In this document: piece by piece, positions 45,525-59,453 of the stretch
Layout: every line of letters starts with the position of its first letter
Numbering within the stretch: position 1 is the first letter of the stretch
Assembly (NCBI GenBank): GCA_026025075.1
Contig: JAPEUI010000016.1
Coordinates: forward strand, 62,001-126,000
Direction: 5' to 3'
Source: Vezdaea acicularis
Lineage: Eukaryota
DNA length: 64,000 nucleotides
Program-made: the position numbers and the translations under genes
The notes under the pieces: model-generated
Seen by the model: the letters and a program-made list of their open reading frames with translations, nothing else
The model's database searches: none
What the model was told of the DNA's origin: nothing

Positions 45525-48500
45525 ATGTTCACCCGCAGGAGAGGACAACCGATTGTAAGTGAGACCTCAGTATGCGCGACTGGGTACAGTTCATAGTCTA
45601 GTAGATGACTGCGCTTACTCCAAGTTGCATTTGCTATGAAGTACGAGATGGAACGAAGTGTGTTCTGACCTTTTTTTGTTTTATAGAATCAAACCCCAAA
45701 TGCCTCCGCCGCGAGCGCAGCTGCACAGGCCTTTCTGTCGCACCGCACATCTACCACTTCATTATCAGCTGCCGCTGCCGCTGCAGCTTTAAGATCACAT
45801 ACGACTTCCCCGGTACCCGTGGGAGACATACAAACGAAGCGAACGGTCCGGCGGCAAGCGTCGACGTCATCGCAAGGAAGTGCTCATAGTGATGGTCGGA
45901 ACGCCAATGGAAGGACGCTGCAGAGGAGAGGAAGCTCCGGATCGCTGACGGAGAGAACCTTTAGGGGTCCTTCTCCGAATCGATCAGGTCCTCGTGCAAG
46001 CACCGAAGATGCGCCGCCTGTTCCTCCGTTGCCTTCTACCGATCCGGCCCCAGCACCTCCGATACCTCTCAAGTCTCGTAAAAGAGCATCGAGTGCCACA
46101 GCAAATACTCCTCGAGTAGCTTCACCACCTCCAAATGCGGCTCATGGGAGGGGCGTCAGCCTGGATAGAAGCCCTGCAGAAATGGCGAGCCGTATTGCTG
46201 CCAAGCGGGTCACAAGTCTTGCTAGTTTGCAAGAGCTGGAGCGGACGGGTAGTCGAGGGTCGGTCAATTTTTCGTATCCCATTCGAAACACGCCTCCCAC
46301 GTCGCCCAATGGCGAGCGTCGGCTAACGCAAACAAGTGGAGGCAAACCAGCAGAGTCTACGATGGATGCTCTGGGGCCGGCAGAAGTAGCCCGAATTCAG
46401 AGCTCGCTGCAAGACGTCGCGAATAAGCCGGCAAGGAAGAAGAAGAAGAGAATCATGGCTGTAGCACCTTCCGATGCTGCGCTTATCGCTGGTCAGCGCG
46501 CCAATGATGGACCAAGCCAACTTTCAGGCAAGGACGCAACGTTGTCAGGGTCTCCGAATGCGAAGGGCCTTGAAGTCCCGGTAGCGACGCCAAAGAAGAA
46601 GAAAAAGAAGAAAGTCGTGGCAGTCACGGACGACCCTGGAATCCCTCGTTCAAGTCCAAGTCCAAGACATAACAAGTCTCCATCAGCATCGTCTATGTCA
46701 GATCTCGGGTCGATTCCGGAAGCTGAGGACATCCCTGCTACACGAAGCAAAGCTGTGAAACTGCCTCCTCCAGTCTTCGAAGATAAAGAGGCCGAAGAGG
46801 AAGAAGGTCTGTCTCAAAGAGGTGTAGACAGGAAGGATGCGCTTCGCCAACTGGAAGCTGGCGACCGTGACGCGCTCACCGCTAATGGCACAAGTAAACC
46901 GTCCGGGAAGACATGGCGAGACTTTTCACAAAACTCAAGCACCTTGAAGATGGATGTGGGAGATGCGGTAGATAAAGGAGGCGAGGCTACCTCTAAGAAA
47001 CCCAACCGACCACCGTCCCTAAGCCCATCTCGGGCTGCCCACTTTTCTGCTGCACCTACTTTGGTTTCTTCAGAAATGGCAAAGCATCACCCTCCCTCAC
47101 GATCTCTGTCTCCTGGAAAATCGGCCATGAAAAACTCGCCATCCTCAAGAACTTCGTCACCAGCCACCCATGGCCATGGGGGAGCTGTGCGACATAGTTA
47201 TGCAGCAAGCGATGCATCTGAGCCTGGCTCCATGCCGTCGGAAGATGGGGGACTTAGTGCAACCGCCAAGAGGAAGAAGAATGCCCGGGTCAGCTTTGAG
47301 GAGGACGCTGTAGTCCTGGGAGAGGCTGCCGGCTCCGTCACGACCGACTCGCCTGTTCTGATGAGTCCGCAAAACAAGGACCCGTCGAAACGGACGTGGT
47401 TTGGGCTCGGACGTGGGAAGAAAAAGAGTGACTCTAGCTCAGCCGAAGTCGAAGAGGAGAACCTGGACGATATGATGAAGCCCCGACCGGCTCTTCCGTC
47501 ATTTGGCAGTGTGCGGGGTCGCAAAGAGAAGACCGACGCTGAAGACGCGCGAGAAAAGGCAACCCCGGCCGACCCCTCTACAGTCTCTACAGTCTCAACA
47601 AGCTCGGCTGCCGACGCAACGGGGATTTCCAGCGATCACGCTATTGGTGGCATCCTGAGTAAGGATCTTTCGTCCAGGAATTCCAAGGCCCTGAATTCGA
47701 CCGCAGTCCGGGACCCTAATGACCCGCTTCCTCCAGAGGTGTTGTCTGTCGAGCATGTCCTCGATGAGTCGAGCGCAAATGAAAGTGACTACAGTGGAGA
47801 GGACCATATCGCCGGTGGGTCAGACGTCGAAAGACCGAAGCAGGATGCGCCAAAGGTAGAGGACCACGCCGCTTCTTACCGCGAGTTGGCGGACCAACTT
47901 TCTGGAGACTCGCCGGGGCGCCCATCAATAGAAATGGAGGTGCCTTCTATCGCCGTCGTCCAAGCTACTCCCACCATTGAGCAGTCAGAAGCTAGGAAAA
48001 GTTGGATCGGCACGCCAGGACAATCTCCCCGAACTGAAAATGGCTCTGCTGAAGCGATCGAGAAAGTCTCGCACACGGCGGCACATCATGCGACAGAACC
48101 GACTCCTGCGACACTGGGAATATCAGAACCGGAACCAGCCGAGGCTGCAGCAAACCACGACCCCTCCACGCCTGTCGTAGGCCACGTGGCTGAGAGCCTT
48201 CGAAGCCACAGTGATTCTCACGATGAAGGCTCTACCGATAGTGATAGCGAAGTGGTGTACAGTGACGCTGCCGAGGACCTTTCGGATCTTGAGGGAGACG
48301 GGTTTGGCTCGATCAACGCGATTGTTGAGAGTCCTGTGGTCGACACTGCACCTGGTCTTGCCATCACAACTCCGCCAGAGAGTCCTTCTATTGCTGCTGT
48401 GCGTAGGCAACAGGTCATCGCACCAACTTTGCATGCAAAGGATGACCATCCTGAGCCTCCTGCTGATGAAGGATGGGACAGAGCTCAGCAGTATTGGAAG

Positions 48501-50744
48501 AGCCTTAGCACCGAGCGCAGGCAGGAGATGGAACAAGCTGCGCTCTCTGGTGCCGATGATGAAAGCCCGGATGTGCTAAAGTCGAAGCCGAAGAAGAAGA
48601 AAAAGAAGGTTGTGCCTAAGAAGGTGCTTACCGCAGCAGAACCTGAGGCGATTGCTAGGCCGTCTGAGGATCATGCTTCCGAACCACCACTTCCCCCATG
48701 GCCTGATGATAAATATAAGAAGGCTGTTCTCGCCAAGAGCACCGCGAAGAAGAGCAGTCCTCCTGCCAAGACAAGCCGCCCCGCTGCAGCGAAAGCGAGA
48801 GAACCGAAAACGATGCGCAAATCTATGAGGTCTGCGCCAGAGCCAGATCCGGAGCCGGAGCCCGTGAAGACTAACAAGCAAGGTTCCTTGCGGGGCGGGC
48901 CCATGCGGAAGACGATGCGAGGGGGTCCAGAGGCGGGGGAACGAGCACCTGTTCGAAAGAAGAATACGCCTAGGGTGCAGCTCCAACCCCTATCTGTTCC
49001 TGAGACCATGCCTTTGTCAGCAAACACCGCCAGGCATCTGCGTACCGTGTCCCAAAACAGGAGTACAAGGACGCAGAAGCCTAAAACGTCTGGGCTTGGA
49101 CGAACAGTGTCGAACGGCAGCGACTCGGATGCCTCGGCGTCTAGTTTCAAGAAGCAGAGGACGGAAGGGTCGAGTTCGGGCTTTGCAAGAAAGACCATGC
49201 GAGGGCCGCCGCCATCGACTCAGAATACTCGCGACCAGAGACCGGGCTCGCCTGACAGCACCACCTACAATCGATCCAGCCGATTTAGCATCCGCTCTCT
49301 GTCCCCGACTGGCACCGGCATGAGACGTCCTTTCTCGAGCTCTGGAGGCACGCCCCCCGTGTCGGAGCAGAAGGTCCTCCGCTCTTCGATGCGCAGCGCC
49401 TCTCTCGACTACAGCAGCGGCCCGACGATGCGCGGCGGTCCCAAAGAGCGGCCCAAATCTCCCAGCACCTTTTCCATGTTCAGCAAATCCTCCAAGACAA
49501 AGGCGACTCCAGCGTCGGCCAGCAAGAAGCCCTCGCGCCTCGGTAGTCGCTTCGCCGATTCGAGCGGGGAGGGCGAGCCAGACCAACCCGCCTTTCGCTC
49601 CGTGGTGAGTCGGTTTGCGGACTCGAGCGACGAAGACGATGAAGAAGCAGGACGAGGAGGCGGTACTGCAACCAGGAAATTCGCCCCGGTCCGCGGCATC
49701 CCGCGCCGCTCTGGCGCCGGCGATGGCGACTCGACCGACCTCCCCGACAGCGACTCCGACACCCCTAACGCCGCGCCCAGCACGCCCAAGCACACCCCTC
49801 CCAAGGCCAACAAGAATCACGAGGGCCAGACTTTAGCAAGCGGCTCGCTCCGCCGCTCCGGCTCCGGCCGCGACTTTACGCCCAGCAAGGAAAAGGGGCT
49901 CAGCGGACTCCAGGGCAAAAAGTCGGACGCGAAGAAGAAATCGAAAGGCTCCTTCTTCGGCGCGCTCGGCCGCCGCAAGGACCCCACTGCCAAAAGCAGC
50001 TTCAAGCCTGACATCGAGAGCGCCGCGCGCCGCGATACTCCACTCGAGCGCTCGAGATTTGAGATGCAGGCTGCCCGCCACTTTGGCGGCGTCGGCGAGG
50101 CGGAGGATGCCACGGCAACGCCCCCACCGCCGGGTACGCCGACAACGACGACGAATAAACCCCTTCTCTCGGCGACTGCGGAAACAGAGACAGCACCCGA
50201 CACAGCGGCAGACCCTCCCAGCAGCCCCCTAACCACCACCCCGAAATCTCTCCTCCTCGGCCTCGGCAGCCGCCCAGGGAGTCCTCGCCCGGGAAGCCCT
50301 CGGCCTAAGCTGCAGAAGCGAAATACGGGTTCGCAGGCAGTAACGCGCTTAGCCACAGGAGGCCAGGCCGAAGAGTGGCCACTCCCCCCACCGCCAAAGC
50401 TACGCGATTTCAACGACGAGGCGAGGAGGCCGAGTAGTGCGGATGGGGCGTTTGGTGGTGCTGCTGGGGGCGGATTGGGAAAAGTGGGAAGACCTGGAGT
50501 AGGGACAAGGCGCGCGACTACGCCTGTGCCGTTTAGGGAGGATGCGTTTGGGGGGACGTCTGGTGTTGGGGTTGGAGAGACTGCTGGAGGTGGTGCAGGT
50601 GAAGAAGATGGTGAAGGCGAAGGAGCTGATACGGCAATAGTCGATGGAGGACTGGCCGGGGAAACGGGGGAGCCCGTCCGTGGCAAGGGTGGCAGGAAGA
50701 AGCGGTTCCCGTTCTTGAGGAAGGTTTTTAGGTTGCATGATTGA
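45525..50744 (+). CDS. ~1695-aa Ser/Pro/Lys-rich disordered protein (possibly an eisosome Seg1-like scaffold), 2 exons
   Basis: Exon 45525-45554 (MFTRRRGQPI), intron 45555-45686, then ASAASAAAQAF..LSAAAAAAALRS..IQTKRTVRR in frame with the 1641-aa ORF. Islands include HHPPSRSLSPGKSAMK, MKPRPALPSFGSVR, YSDAAEDLSD, SRFADSSDE and KKRFPFLRKVFRL. The family name is tentative. Confidence 0.85.
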
Positions 50745-51765
50745 TTGATTTTTTGTTTGTGGGGGCGGGAGATTTGGGTGGAACGGGGGAGAGGGGAAGA
50801 GGGTTTTATGTGCTGGAGAGGATGTCTGGGAGAGGATGTGCGGGAGAGGATGTGATGTGATGAGGCCCGTGGGGGGGAGATATATATATAATCTGCATGC
50901 AACATACCTACGTAATACACATATCCATATACATATCCACAACATATCTCCTCCATACATATCGCCGACAAGCCCGCTCCCCAAAACCCATTCACTCATA
51001 CCTGTACCCCAAACTCACTCACTCACGCGGTGGAAACCAGAGATGAAGAGTACATGTGTCAGCAGGAATGATGGATAAGAGCGCAGCCCCAGCCCCAGCC
51101 CCAGACGCAAGAGGCGGGACGAACCTAACCCAACCCAAAGCAGAGGTGAGGTGAGCGAGGACAAAAAGTTGCACAAAAGCGTAGAGAGTAGAGAGTAGAG
51201 AAAGACGCAGCAGACAGATGGACAGACGCAGCCAGCAGACGGACAGACAGACAGACCAACCCTGGCTAGAAAAAGGGGGCAGGTCAGAGTTAGGTAAGAC
51301 AAGTTCGTTTCTAGCTTGTTGGATACTTCGTTTCTACTGTAGTGAGTTCATTGTGGGTGTTGTATGGCGTCTTTGGGTGAGAAGGGGAGTGGTGGGTAGA
51401 AATGGGGCGGAAGGTTAGTTCATGAGGAGAGGGGAAGAAGAAGAAGAGGGGAAGGAAGAAGAGGAAGAGGAAGAAGAGCAAGGAGTTACAGACGAAAGAA
51501 GGAGTGGGGGTGAGTAAGTGAGTGAGTGGGTTGATAATCTACGGTTCTCGTGTATATAATGACAGGGACGGACCGGAGGGGGGATATCAAGACCTAACCC
51601 GACTTAAACCAGTAAAGAAGGACTGGGTACACTCCCCAAGCCCCCTACTCGCCCTACTCGCCCTACTCCCCCCTAACCCCTTTACCCCCCACCAACTTCA
51701 CACCTCTCCCGCTTCACACCCCCCCCCTACTCCCTTCACACCTCTCCCACCTCCCCCTTTCCCCC

Positions 51766-54435
51766 TTACTCTCCCCCTTCCCCCTCCCTTTCCAACAACC
51801 GCGCCACCTCTCTCCTCTCGCCCTCCCACCACCCCCTGACCCTACACCTTTCAGCCACCCAGGCCCCCGCGCGATCCGCGCTGCTCAGCCGACGGGCCTC
51901 GGGGACATTATCATCATCATCATCGGTTGGTGGAGGAGGGTGGTGGTGGTGGTGGTTATTTTGGTTGTTGGGGTCGTTGGGGTCGTTGGGGTCGTCGCTG
52001 CCTCTCTGCACGTCTTTACTCCCGTTTTTGTGGTGGGTGTTGTGGCGGTTGGGACTTTCTTGCTTGTTTTCCTCTTCTTCGTCCTTCTCTTTGTCGTTGT
52101 CGAGACAAGCTTGCGCTCGATCGGACGACATCCGACGCAGCGACCCACCCAGCTGAGCCTTCCCACGCGCCCTACCCCTCATTCTCGTCCGGCCCCTCAC
52201 CATCACCTCCTCCTCCTGCTCCTCCACCTCCACCACCTCCGCAGCCACAACCCCTCCCCCCTCTTTCACACCCAAATAAGCCTCATACGCCTCCCTCAGA
52301 AAAATATCCACCCTCCTGGCCCCTTCTTCCCACTTCGCGCCATTCATGAGTTGATGCGCCGCCCCCGCCACCTTGACGATATGCAGCCCCGGCCGCGTCT
52401 CCGCGTCCGAGGCGGGAGTGAGGTCCGCGGAATGGCCGCCGGTGCGGACGCGGCGGATGTGCTTCGTCAGGAGGGGTTTGAGTTTCGGGAGGGAGGTGAG
52501 GGGTGTTGCGGCTTCGATGGCGGCGCGGAGGGAGGAAGGGGGGAGGATGGGTGGGGTTGTGATGGTGGCTGGGTTGGCGGGGGTAGAGGGAGGAGCGGGT
52601 GGAGGTGGGTAGAGGAGGCTCGGCGACGGAGTGAAGGGCGTGGTATGAATGATACCGCCGGTAGCGTGGGAGGCGTGGGGCATGAGAATAGGGGGTGATT
52701 TACTGATATGGTAGATCCCACTGGGCACACCAGGAATCGTCTGATCTGGATTGATCGGCTCCGTATTGAGCAAGATCTGCGGCCGAAGGGGATCCACGGG
52801 TGTGATGGCATCGTCCTGCGCTTCGGCAACAGGGAGCAAATCGCGGGTGCCAGGAACGAGCGCGCTCGAGCCCCGCCGGCGTTGGGGACAGACGGGGTCG
52901 CGGGTATCGATCAGCGCGGCTTCGAGATCTCCGACGCTCTTCGCACGACAGCTCTTCGTTGGGATAGCCTCGAGGTCGACTTCGGCGGGCGTGCGAAAGG
53001 GCTTTGTGGCGGCTATGACGTCAAGGGTTTCGGGAGGGGGTGAATTGTGGGCAGTGCCACGTTCTTTGCTCAGGCTCTTGTGGAGTCGAGGGGGTCGTGT
53101 GATGGGCTCGTCGCCTTCGCTCTTGTTTCCATTGATGCAGCCGTCGATTTTGGGAGGGGTCGCTTGCAGGCTAGAGTTGTCGTCTTCAATGTCTGGTTTC
53201 TTGCCGGTTGGGCGGCTGGGGGTGGCTGCGCGGATGAAGGTCGGGGTTGCTACTTTGACTGCTTCGTCCGGTTTATCCGCCCCGTGAGGGACAGGATCAT
53301 GCCCATTTGCGCCTTTAGGAGGGACGTTCTCCAGGTTCTGAACAGGTCGAGTATCGCTCGCCTCGAGAGGTGCTGCGGCGTCGGGACGGCCTTCGAGATT
53401 CTTCAGTGCCTCTTCGTCTGCCCCTGTAGGGTGCACCTTCTCCTCTTTCCTAAACGTTGCGAAGCTTTCGCCGAGCTTGCCAGCCAGGCCATCGATCATG
53501 TCCAAGTCGATGAGCTTATCCTCTTTGCCCGCTACGATGCAGATCCTCTCGCCGCCTCCAGCCCATCGGATGGATCTCATGACGTGCTGAAAGTCAACGA
53601 AGGGGCGCATCATCTCCAGCGACCAGCGGGTGCTTTCTGTTTTCGACATGCAGTCGAGGTTGAATTCACGGACTCTGTCGGCAGCTTCGTCCTCGGTGAA
53701 GAATGCTTGCGTGATGAGCTTGGCGCTGCTGAGGGGCGCGCGAGGGTGGAAGCAGTGGAGGCACGAACGAAGCAGAAAGTGGCGATCCAGCCTGAGCCAA
53801 TTCTGATATATGCCAAATCTGGTCGCCAGTCAGTGAGTCCCATATTTCTTTTGATAAAAGAGTACTTACGATCCGTTTCCCGGTACGGGAGCACACATGA
53901 CCAGCGCCCTGACGGCGATCAATCTCTTCGAGAGCATATACTGCAGCAGTCCAGCGCCCGAAGCGTGTCCGATAACGACCGGTAAATTAACATCATCGTC
54001 GTGGTCGGCGACGCTGCCAACAATATCCTTGCACTCGATACCCACGACATAGTCGTAGGCAGCCCGGACATCTTTACTAAACTTCTTCATCCCCGTCCGG
54101 TGCATCTTGAAGATCTGCGGCTTGAAGCTCTCTCCATGACCCCTCAGGGACACGGCATAGCAGCTATAGCCCCTCTCGGTGAAGTAACCCATATACTCGC
54201 GCCACACGGTAGCAGAGCCAAAGGCCCCATGAACGAACAGTATCGGCGGCCGTCGCCGCCCTTCGATCTTTTGAGCGAGAGAGAAGATGAGTTCGAGCTG
54301 CCGGCCTTCATCGCCGAGCATCTTGCGTTTGAAGTTGGCGCGGAGAGGGGCAGCCATGGGGGGAGGCACCTGGCGGCACCATAGGAGCTCATAGGCATCC
54401 GGGGGCGTGTAAACACTCGGCGAGCCTAACGCCAT
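51766..54435 (-). CDS. Alpha/beta-hydrolase-fold protein with a large low-complexity insertion (2 exons, ~872 aa)
   Basis: ILFVHGAFGSA, YAVSLRGHGES and VIGHASGAG; intron 53819-53869; then FHPRAPLSS, VAGKEDKLI and GAAHQLMNGAKWEEGA. Confidence 0.8.
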
Positions 54436-56164
54436 GTTGCGTTCTGCGCGCCGCTAAGGAACGTGAAATGATTAAGACGATGGGATAAAAGATGATGGCT
54501 TTTGATCAAAAAGCGCGTCCAAAATGTAGATATGAAGCAATGTTGTGATGTAGTGATGGACCAACGAGAGAGATGTTTTGATCCTAGAAAATCAGGATCA
54601 ACACGAACTTTTTAAACACAGCGGCGACCAGCGCCTGCCTGTGGGGTTACAGGCCCGGTTTCCTGGAATATTCATTCCACAAGGGCGCCCCGATGAAGGC
54701 CATTTCCAATCCGAGGTTTTGGAAGTGTTTTCGGAAGGCGCCATCGAAGACTTGAATGTGGAAGCAGAAGAAGTAGAATGCCCCTCGACTTTCCTTTCTT
54801 TCCACTTCTGATTTGACATGTTTACGCAAAACATCCGCACAAGCATGCTTTCCGTGATAAAAAAAGTCCTCCCTCTTCCTTTCCCCACGTGGTCGGGAAC
54901 GAAAGGCAACATCATCATCATCAATAGCATGTTTAAACCGGCCAGCAGAGAAGCTTGACATGCTTGAAGGTAAAAAAAAACTATGACAAAACAGAATGAA
55001 AAAAGTGCTTTCACGCATGCATAAAGCAGGAAGGTTGTGATATAGCGCAGTCTGACGACACAACATCTTCTATATCCTCTTACGCACCACTCGAGGAAAC
55101 GAAGTTTAAGGTCCAGAACAAAAATCGCCATGCAAATCAAGCCCTCCCCACCTCTCACCCAACGCACCCCCTCCCATCCCCAGCAAGCTTATATCCCCAG
55201 CAAAGACCCGCAACAAAAGAACCAGCCAGCCCAACCAACTCACCGTGGCGAAACGAGAGAGAAAAAGCATCTCCGTGGACAGTGTAGTACTGTAGCTTTC
55301 CTTGCAAGTAGGCAGGAAGGGGTGGTGGTGATGGTGGTGAGACAAAAGACCAACTCGATCCGCACGAATCACAGGCCATCAGTAGTCACGTCAGGAAAGG
55401 GGAAAGACCTGGGTGGTTAGGAGAGGAGTGGTTTGGGGGGGGTTTGCTGGGTTTGCGGAAAGGGGGGAAGGTATCTAGGGTTCGGCCGACTCGCCGGCCA
55501 ACTCGGGCCCGATTGTTGTTCAGGGGGTGTGGGATGCTTACCTCTGACCGAGCGCACCCAACTCATCCTCTCCTCGCCCCCCGTCCCCCAATTGTGCGTC
55601 CCAGAGCCTAGGTCCAGTTTCCCGCCGTCGATGGGGCTGAGCAAGTAGATCAGGTCAGATCAGACGTGATACGCGACCGAATGGCCAAGGCCGGTCGGGC
55701 CGAGAAATTCGCTGCGGGGGAGAGAGGGAGTGGTTTCATGTGAGTGGATGGGGGTGGTGTGAGGGTGGGAGGGGGTGGTTTGCTAAGAGAGGGGGGTGGA
55801 GGTATGGCATGGTATCTGGCGGGTTTGGGGGGGGGAGCTAGGGAGGTGAGAGTGCACCGTAGAGAACCTTATGAGGTTCGTAGGAGTGAAGTCTGGGATG
55901 GAGTAGAGTGGTAAGAGAGATGGAGAGGTACTGAGCAAGGCTCCAGCAAAGGCTTCAACAAGGCAGACCAGCGTCGCCTCTAGCTCTCACGCTCGCTCAA
56001 ATCCCACACTCCCAACTCCCCAACGCAACAGGGAAGCAGGAATGACAGGAACGAGAACACCCTTCGACCAAGCGAAGCAAGCGGCGCCCCGCGCACTCGT
56101 TTGAGGACGGCCTAGGATGCGCGCGCGGCTTGAAACGTCTTGGGAGCGGGGTTGTGGTTCTAGG

Positions 56165-56202
56165 ATGGAGTGAGGAGTGAGGAGTGAGGAGTGAGGAGTG
56201 AG
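56165..56202. repeat. (GGAGTGA)n heptamer microsatellite
   Basis: About five tandem copies visible. Confidence 0.85.
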
Positions 56203-59200
56203 AGGAGGCGTGCGTGTGCCACCGTTGCTGTTGCCATCACAAGACCAGGGGGTCCGCCACGCGAGCGAAACGCAGGTTCCGCAGCGCAGCATGGAGAAAG
56301 TAAGAAAGAAAGGAAAAAAAGTATGTGCCTTGAACGAATGCAAGGGCGCACCCACTACCAGCAGTAGCAAGCAGTAGCAAGTGATAGCAAGCAGTAGCAC
56401 ACGGGACGAGGAAAGAAGCGAGGGAATGCCATGCTGGTTATCCGCCGCAGCGCACGTAGCAGCGTATGCGGCCGTGAGGACCAATGGCCGAGCGGATAGA
56501 TGAGGAATGGATGGAACGGCTGGTGGTGGTGTGGGGGAGAGGGGGCGGGGCCGAGAGAGGTGCCGGATGGGGGAGAGAGTTGAGACGGTAGCGTGTCTCC
56601 GACTGTCCGTCTAGATGGGGATAACCTTCTTCTGGGCTGTCTCATGAGTCGTGAAGAGAGCGGGAAGGAGCTCGATCTGGGCCGATAGCGGCGGGTTCGG
56701 AGACAGGTACAGAAAGCAAGATTGATCGAGTTGGAGGTTTTCGTTCGTCGGTTCGTCGTTGAGAAAGCACATCGGGGGGATGTATGTTACGTCAGCGAGA
56801 TAGGCTGACGAATAAGAATTTCGGGAAAATTTTTAAACCGGCCCGCGCAATTGATGGCGCATTTTTTCCATCCCTGCTCGTCGCGTGGAAAGGCGACAGG
56901 GAAGATTGAGCAAGCGAGCGAGGATCTGGGCGGGGCTTAGCAAGACGCAATGGCACTGGACTCTTGTTTTTTTTTTCTTCTTCTTGCTGCAAGTTCGATT
57001 CGACTCGCCCGTTCGCGTGGGCTGATCCGATGGCGCATGCGGAGTCGCATGGCGCAACGCAACGGAGCGGCCGATGGGAGGAGAAGGGAAGGGAGAGCGG
57101 ATCGTCTGCTGCGACGCCCATGCTGCCGCGTGCACGGAGCGCAGGGCGGAGAATTGCACTCGCTAAGTGCGACGGCTGCGTTGAGTTTGTGTGTCGGGCG
57201 GCGCGGGGGGGAGAGGCGGGAAGGCCGTGGCGGGAGCACGATGCTCGCAACCCAGCTCGACATCGCCGTCTTCGCATTCGCATTCGCATTCGCGTGTGCG
57301 TCTGCATCGAGGCTGCTGCTGCAGCCACCGTCGAACGAGGGGCCTTCACATCAATGCCATTTCCTTTCCCCTCCATCGCAACGGGAAAGGAAACATGTTG
57401 AATGATCATGGTGGGCGTCTGAGACAGCGCGGAGCTCCAGTCTGCAAGTCGGCCGTCCCTCTGAGCCGTCGCTGGGTATGGATCGGGATCTAGCGACGTC
57501 TCGTAGGATCGACAAGCCTGCATCTCTTCCTCTCTCTCTCTCTCTCTCGCCCCGTCACCCGTCGCCCGTCGCCCGTTGTCTGTCGACCTTCATTTCCCAG
57601 CTGCGTTGGAACTGGCCATCGTCTGAACCAGAGTTGAGACGAGTGCGGGGACGTCCACACGGCTGCTGCAGCTATTTCCGGCCGACCGATTTGGACAGCT
57701 GGACGGGCAGCGCGACGGACAGGACCCGGCCGATGCGCGTCGACTCCGAGGATCCGAAAGACGCACGGTGCCTGGTCCTTTGACATAGTCTGACGGAAGC
57801 TGCGAGGACCGAGTCGGTGTCCCCGTATTCGTGATGGACGAGGCCAAATGAACGAATCCGTATATCGCATGGAGGACGTTGGCCGCTCGCTCGCGTACCG
57901 AGTCCTCCAGTATCGCGTCCCAAGTCACGGGGACAGCACGGGGGAAGCTGCTCCGGGCCCTCTTCCGCGTGGCTTCATGCCGGCGGTCGAGAACGCTGTC
58001 GAGACGGAGACCAGGGCCCCCGCTCGCCGCTAAGGAAAAGGGAAAGAAAGAAGAGAAAAAACGAAGAAGGAAAAAAACGATTTCCGGCGTTCCGCGTCAG
58101 GTGTCTGGTGCCAAAGGATCGACGGCCGTCCTGTCTAATCTTGGCGGGGCGGGGGGGGCGGAGGGGCGGAGGGGGAGCGGCGGCGTGTGAATGGTGCGCT
58201 TTCTTTTGGAACGAGCGCCCCCCGGCCCTTGGCGTTCCGCCGCCGAACCCCCGACCCCCCCACACGACGCCAGGACGAGAGATGTCACCGACGGGCGACG
58301 ACCGACGACAACTCCTCCCTCCATCAGGGCAACTGTACTCGGCGCTCTTCCCCCGCCCGTTGCGCCATCGCCACGAGGTCGACAGGCATGCGCGCGCAAT
58401 GGCGATTGGAGTCCGGGGCAGAAGGGCGGAGAGGTGCGAGGAGCTGACGCCATCCCCCGCCCGCCGCCGATGGCGATAGCGATTACGTGCAGACCCAAGT
58501 TGTCCGATCCGATCGTCCCTCGCGCGCTGTATATCGACCAGCTCCCGACTTCTGAGCTCTCCTCCGAGCTCGTCGTTGTTCCTGTTCCTGTTCCTTTTCC
58601 TCTGGCGGCGCTGCCAGACGCTGCTCCTCTTCCGGCCCAGTCGAATCGGCAAGTCAGCACGTCGCGACCAGCCGCAGGGTCTCCGCGCCGGCGCTACCTT
58701 CTGCACGTTCGCTCCTACGGGGCAAGGAACGGCCTGCCCTCCCCCTCGCCGCCCCCGCCCGCGAGGTACACGGACAAAGTCTGTCGAGAGAGCGAAAGAT
58801 GAAGCGATGGGATCGACAATCTCATGAGGGAGGAGGGGGGGGGGGGGGCTGGCGTGCGCCGTGTGCTGGGGGCCGCCGGCGCAAGTGCAACGCGTGCCAG
58901 CACCAGGCTCCGAGGAGAGGGATGTTCCCGCCTGCAAGCTAAACGTGCCAGGAGCCCACATGGCGAAACCACGGGCTTGAGGGCTTGCATGCGCAACCCT
59001 ACCGCCCTAACACCGACCGTGCGTTGACGATGCATGTCTTGTCTTGCCCGCGGCCACCCCCCGCCGTGCTCTGACGGACCGACGTCGAGTTGCCATCGCA
59101 TCGCTGTGGTGGCCGGCCAGCCTGAGGATGCAGGATACAGGACACACCCACCATCGAGTTCGCCCTTGATCGAGCCGCCTTCCCTCTCCGCCCACGCGAT

Positions 59201-59453
59201 GGGGCCCGTCGCGCCTCGGCCACGGCGGCGAGACAGAGATATACCTTGGCCATGTTCCCGCTGTCATCCCCATTCCTGTTCATGTCCTGTCTACGTTGCC
59301 TTTGTCACTCTTATGCTCGAGCATAGGATATGGAACCCCCCGTTGCCCTCCCATTGGTACTCCTCTGATGGTTGACGACGACCGCACGACCGACCTTCCT
59401 TAATTGCTATTCTCTATATTGCCTTCCTCTTCTGTTTACACGTCTCAATTCTT

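Noticed and set aside
49017..50999. Long antisense ORFs (267, 392 and 199 aa)
   Set aside because: Shadows of the GC-rich 1695-aa gene.
53047..53985. 312-aa plus-strand ORF
   Set aside because: Antisense shadow of the alpha/beta hydrolase.
56792..59375. Many overlapping 100-330 aa ORFs on both strands
   Set aside because: Arg/Pro/Gly-rich, lacking motifs and explained by high GC content.
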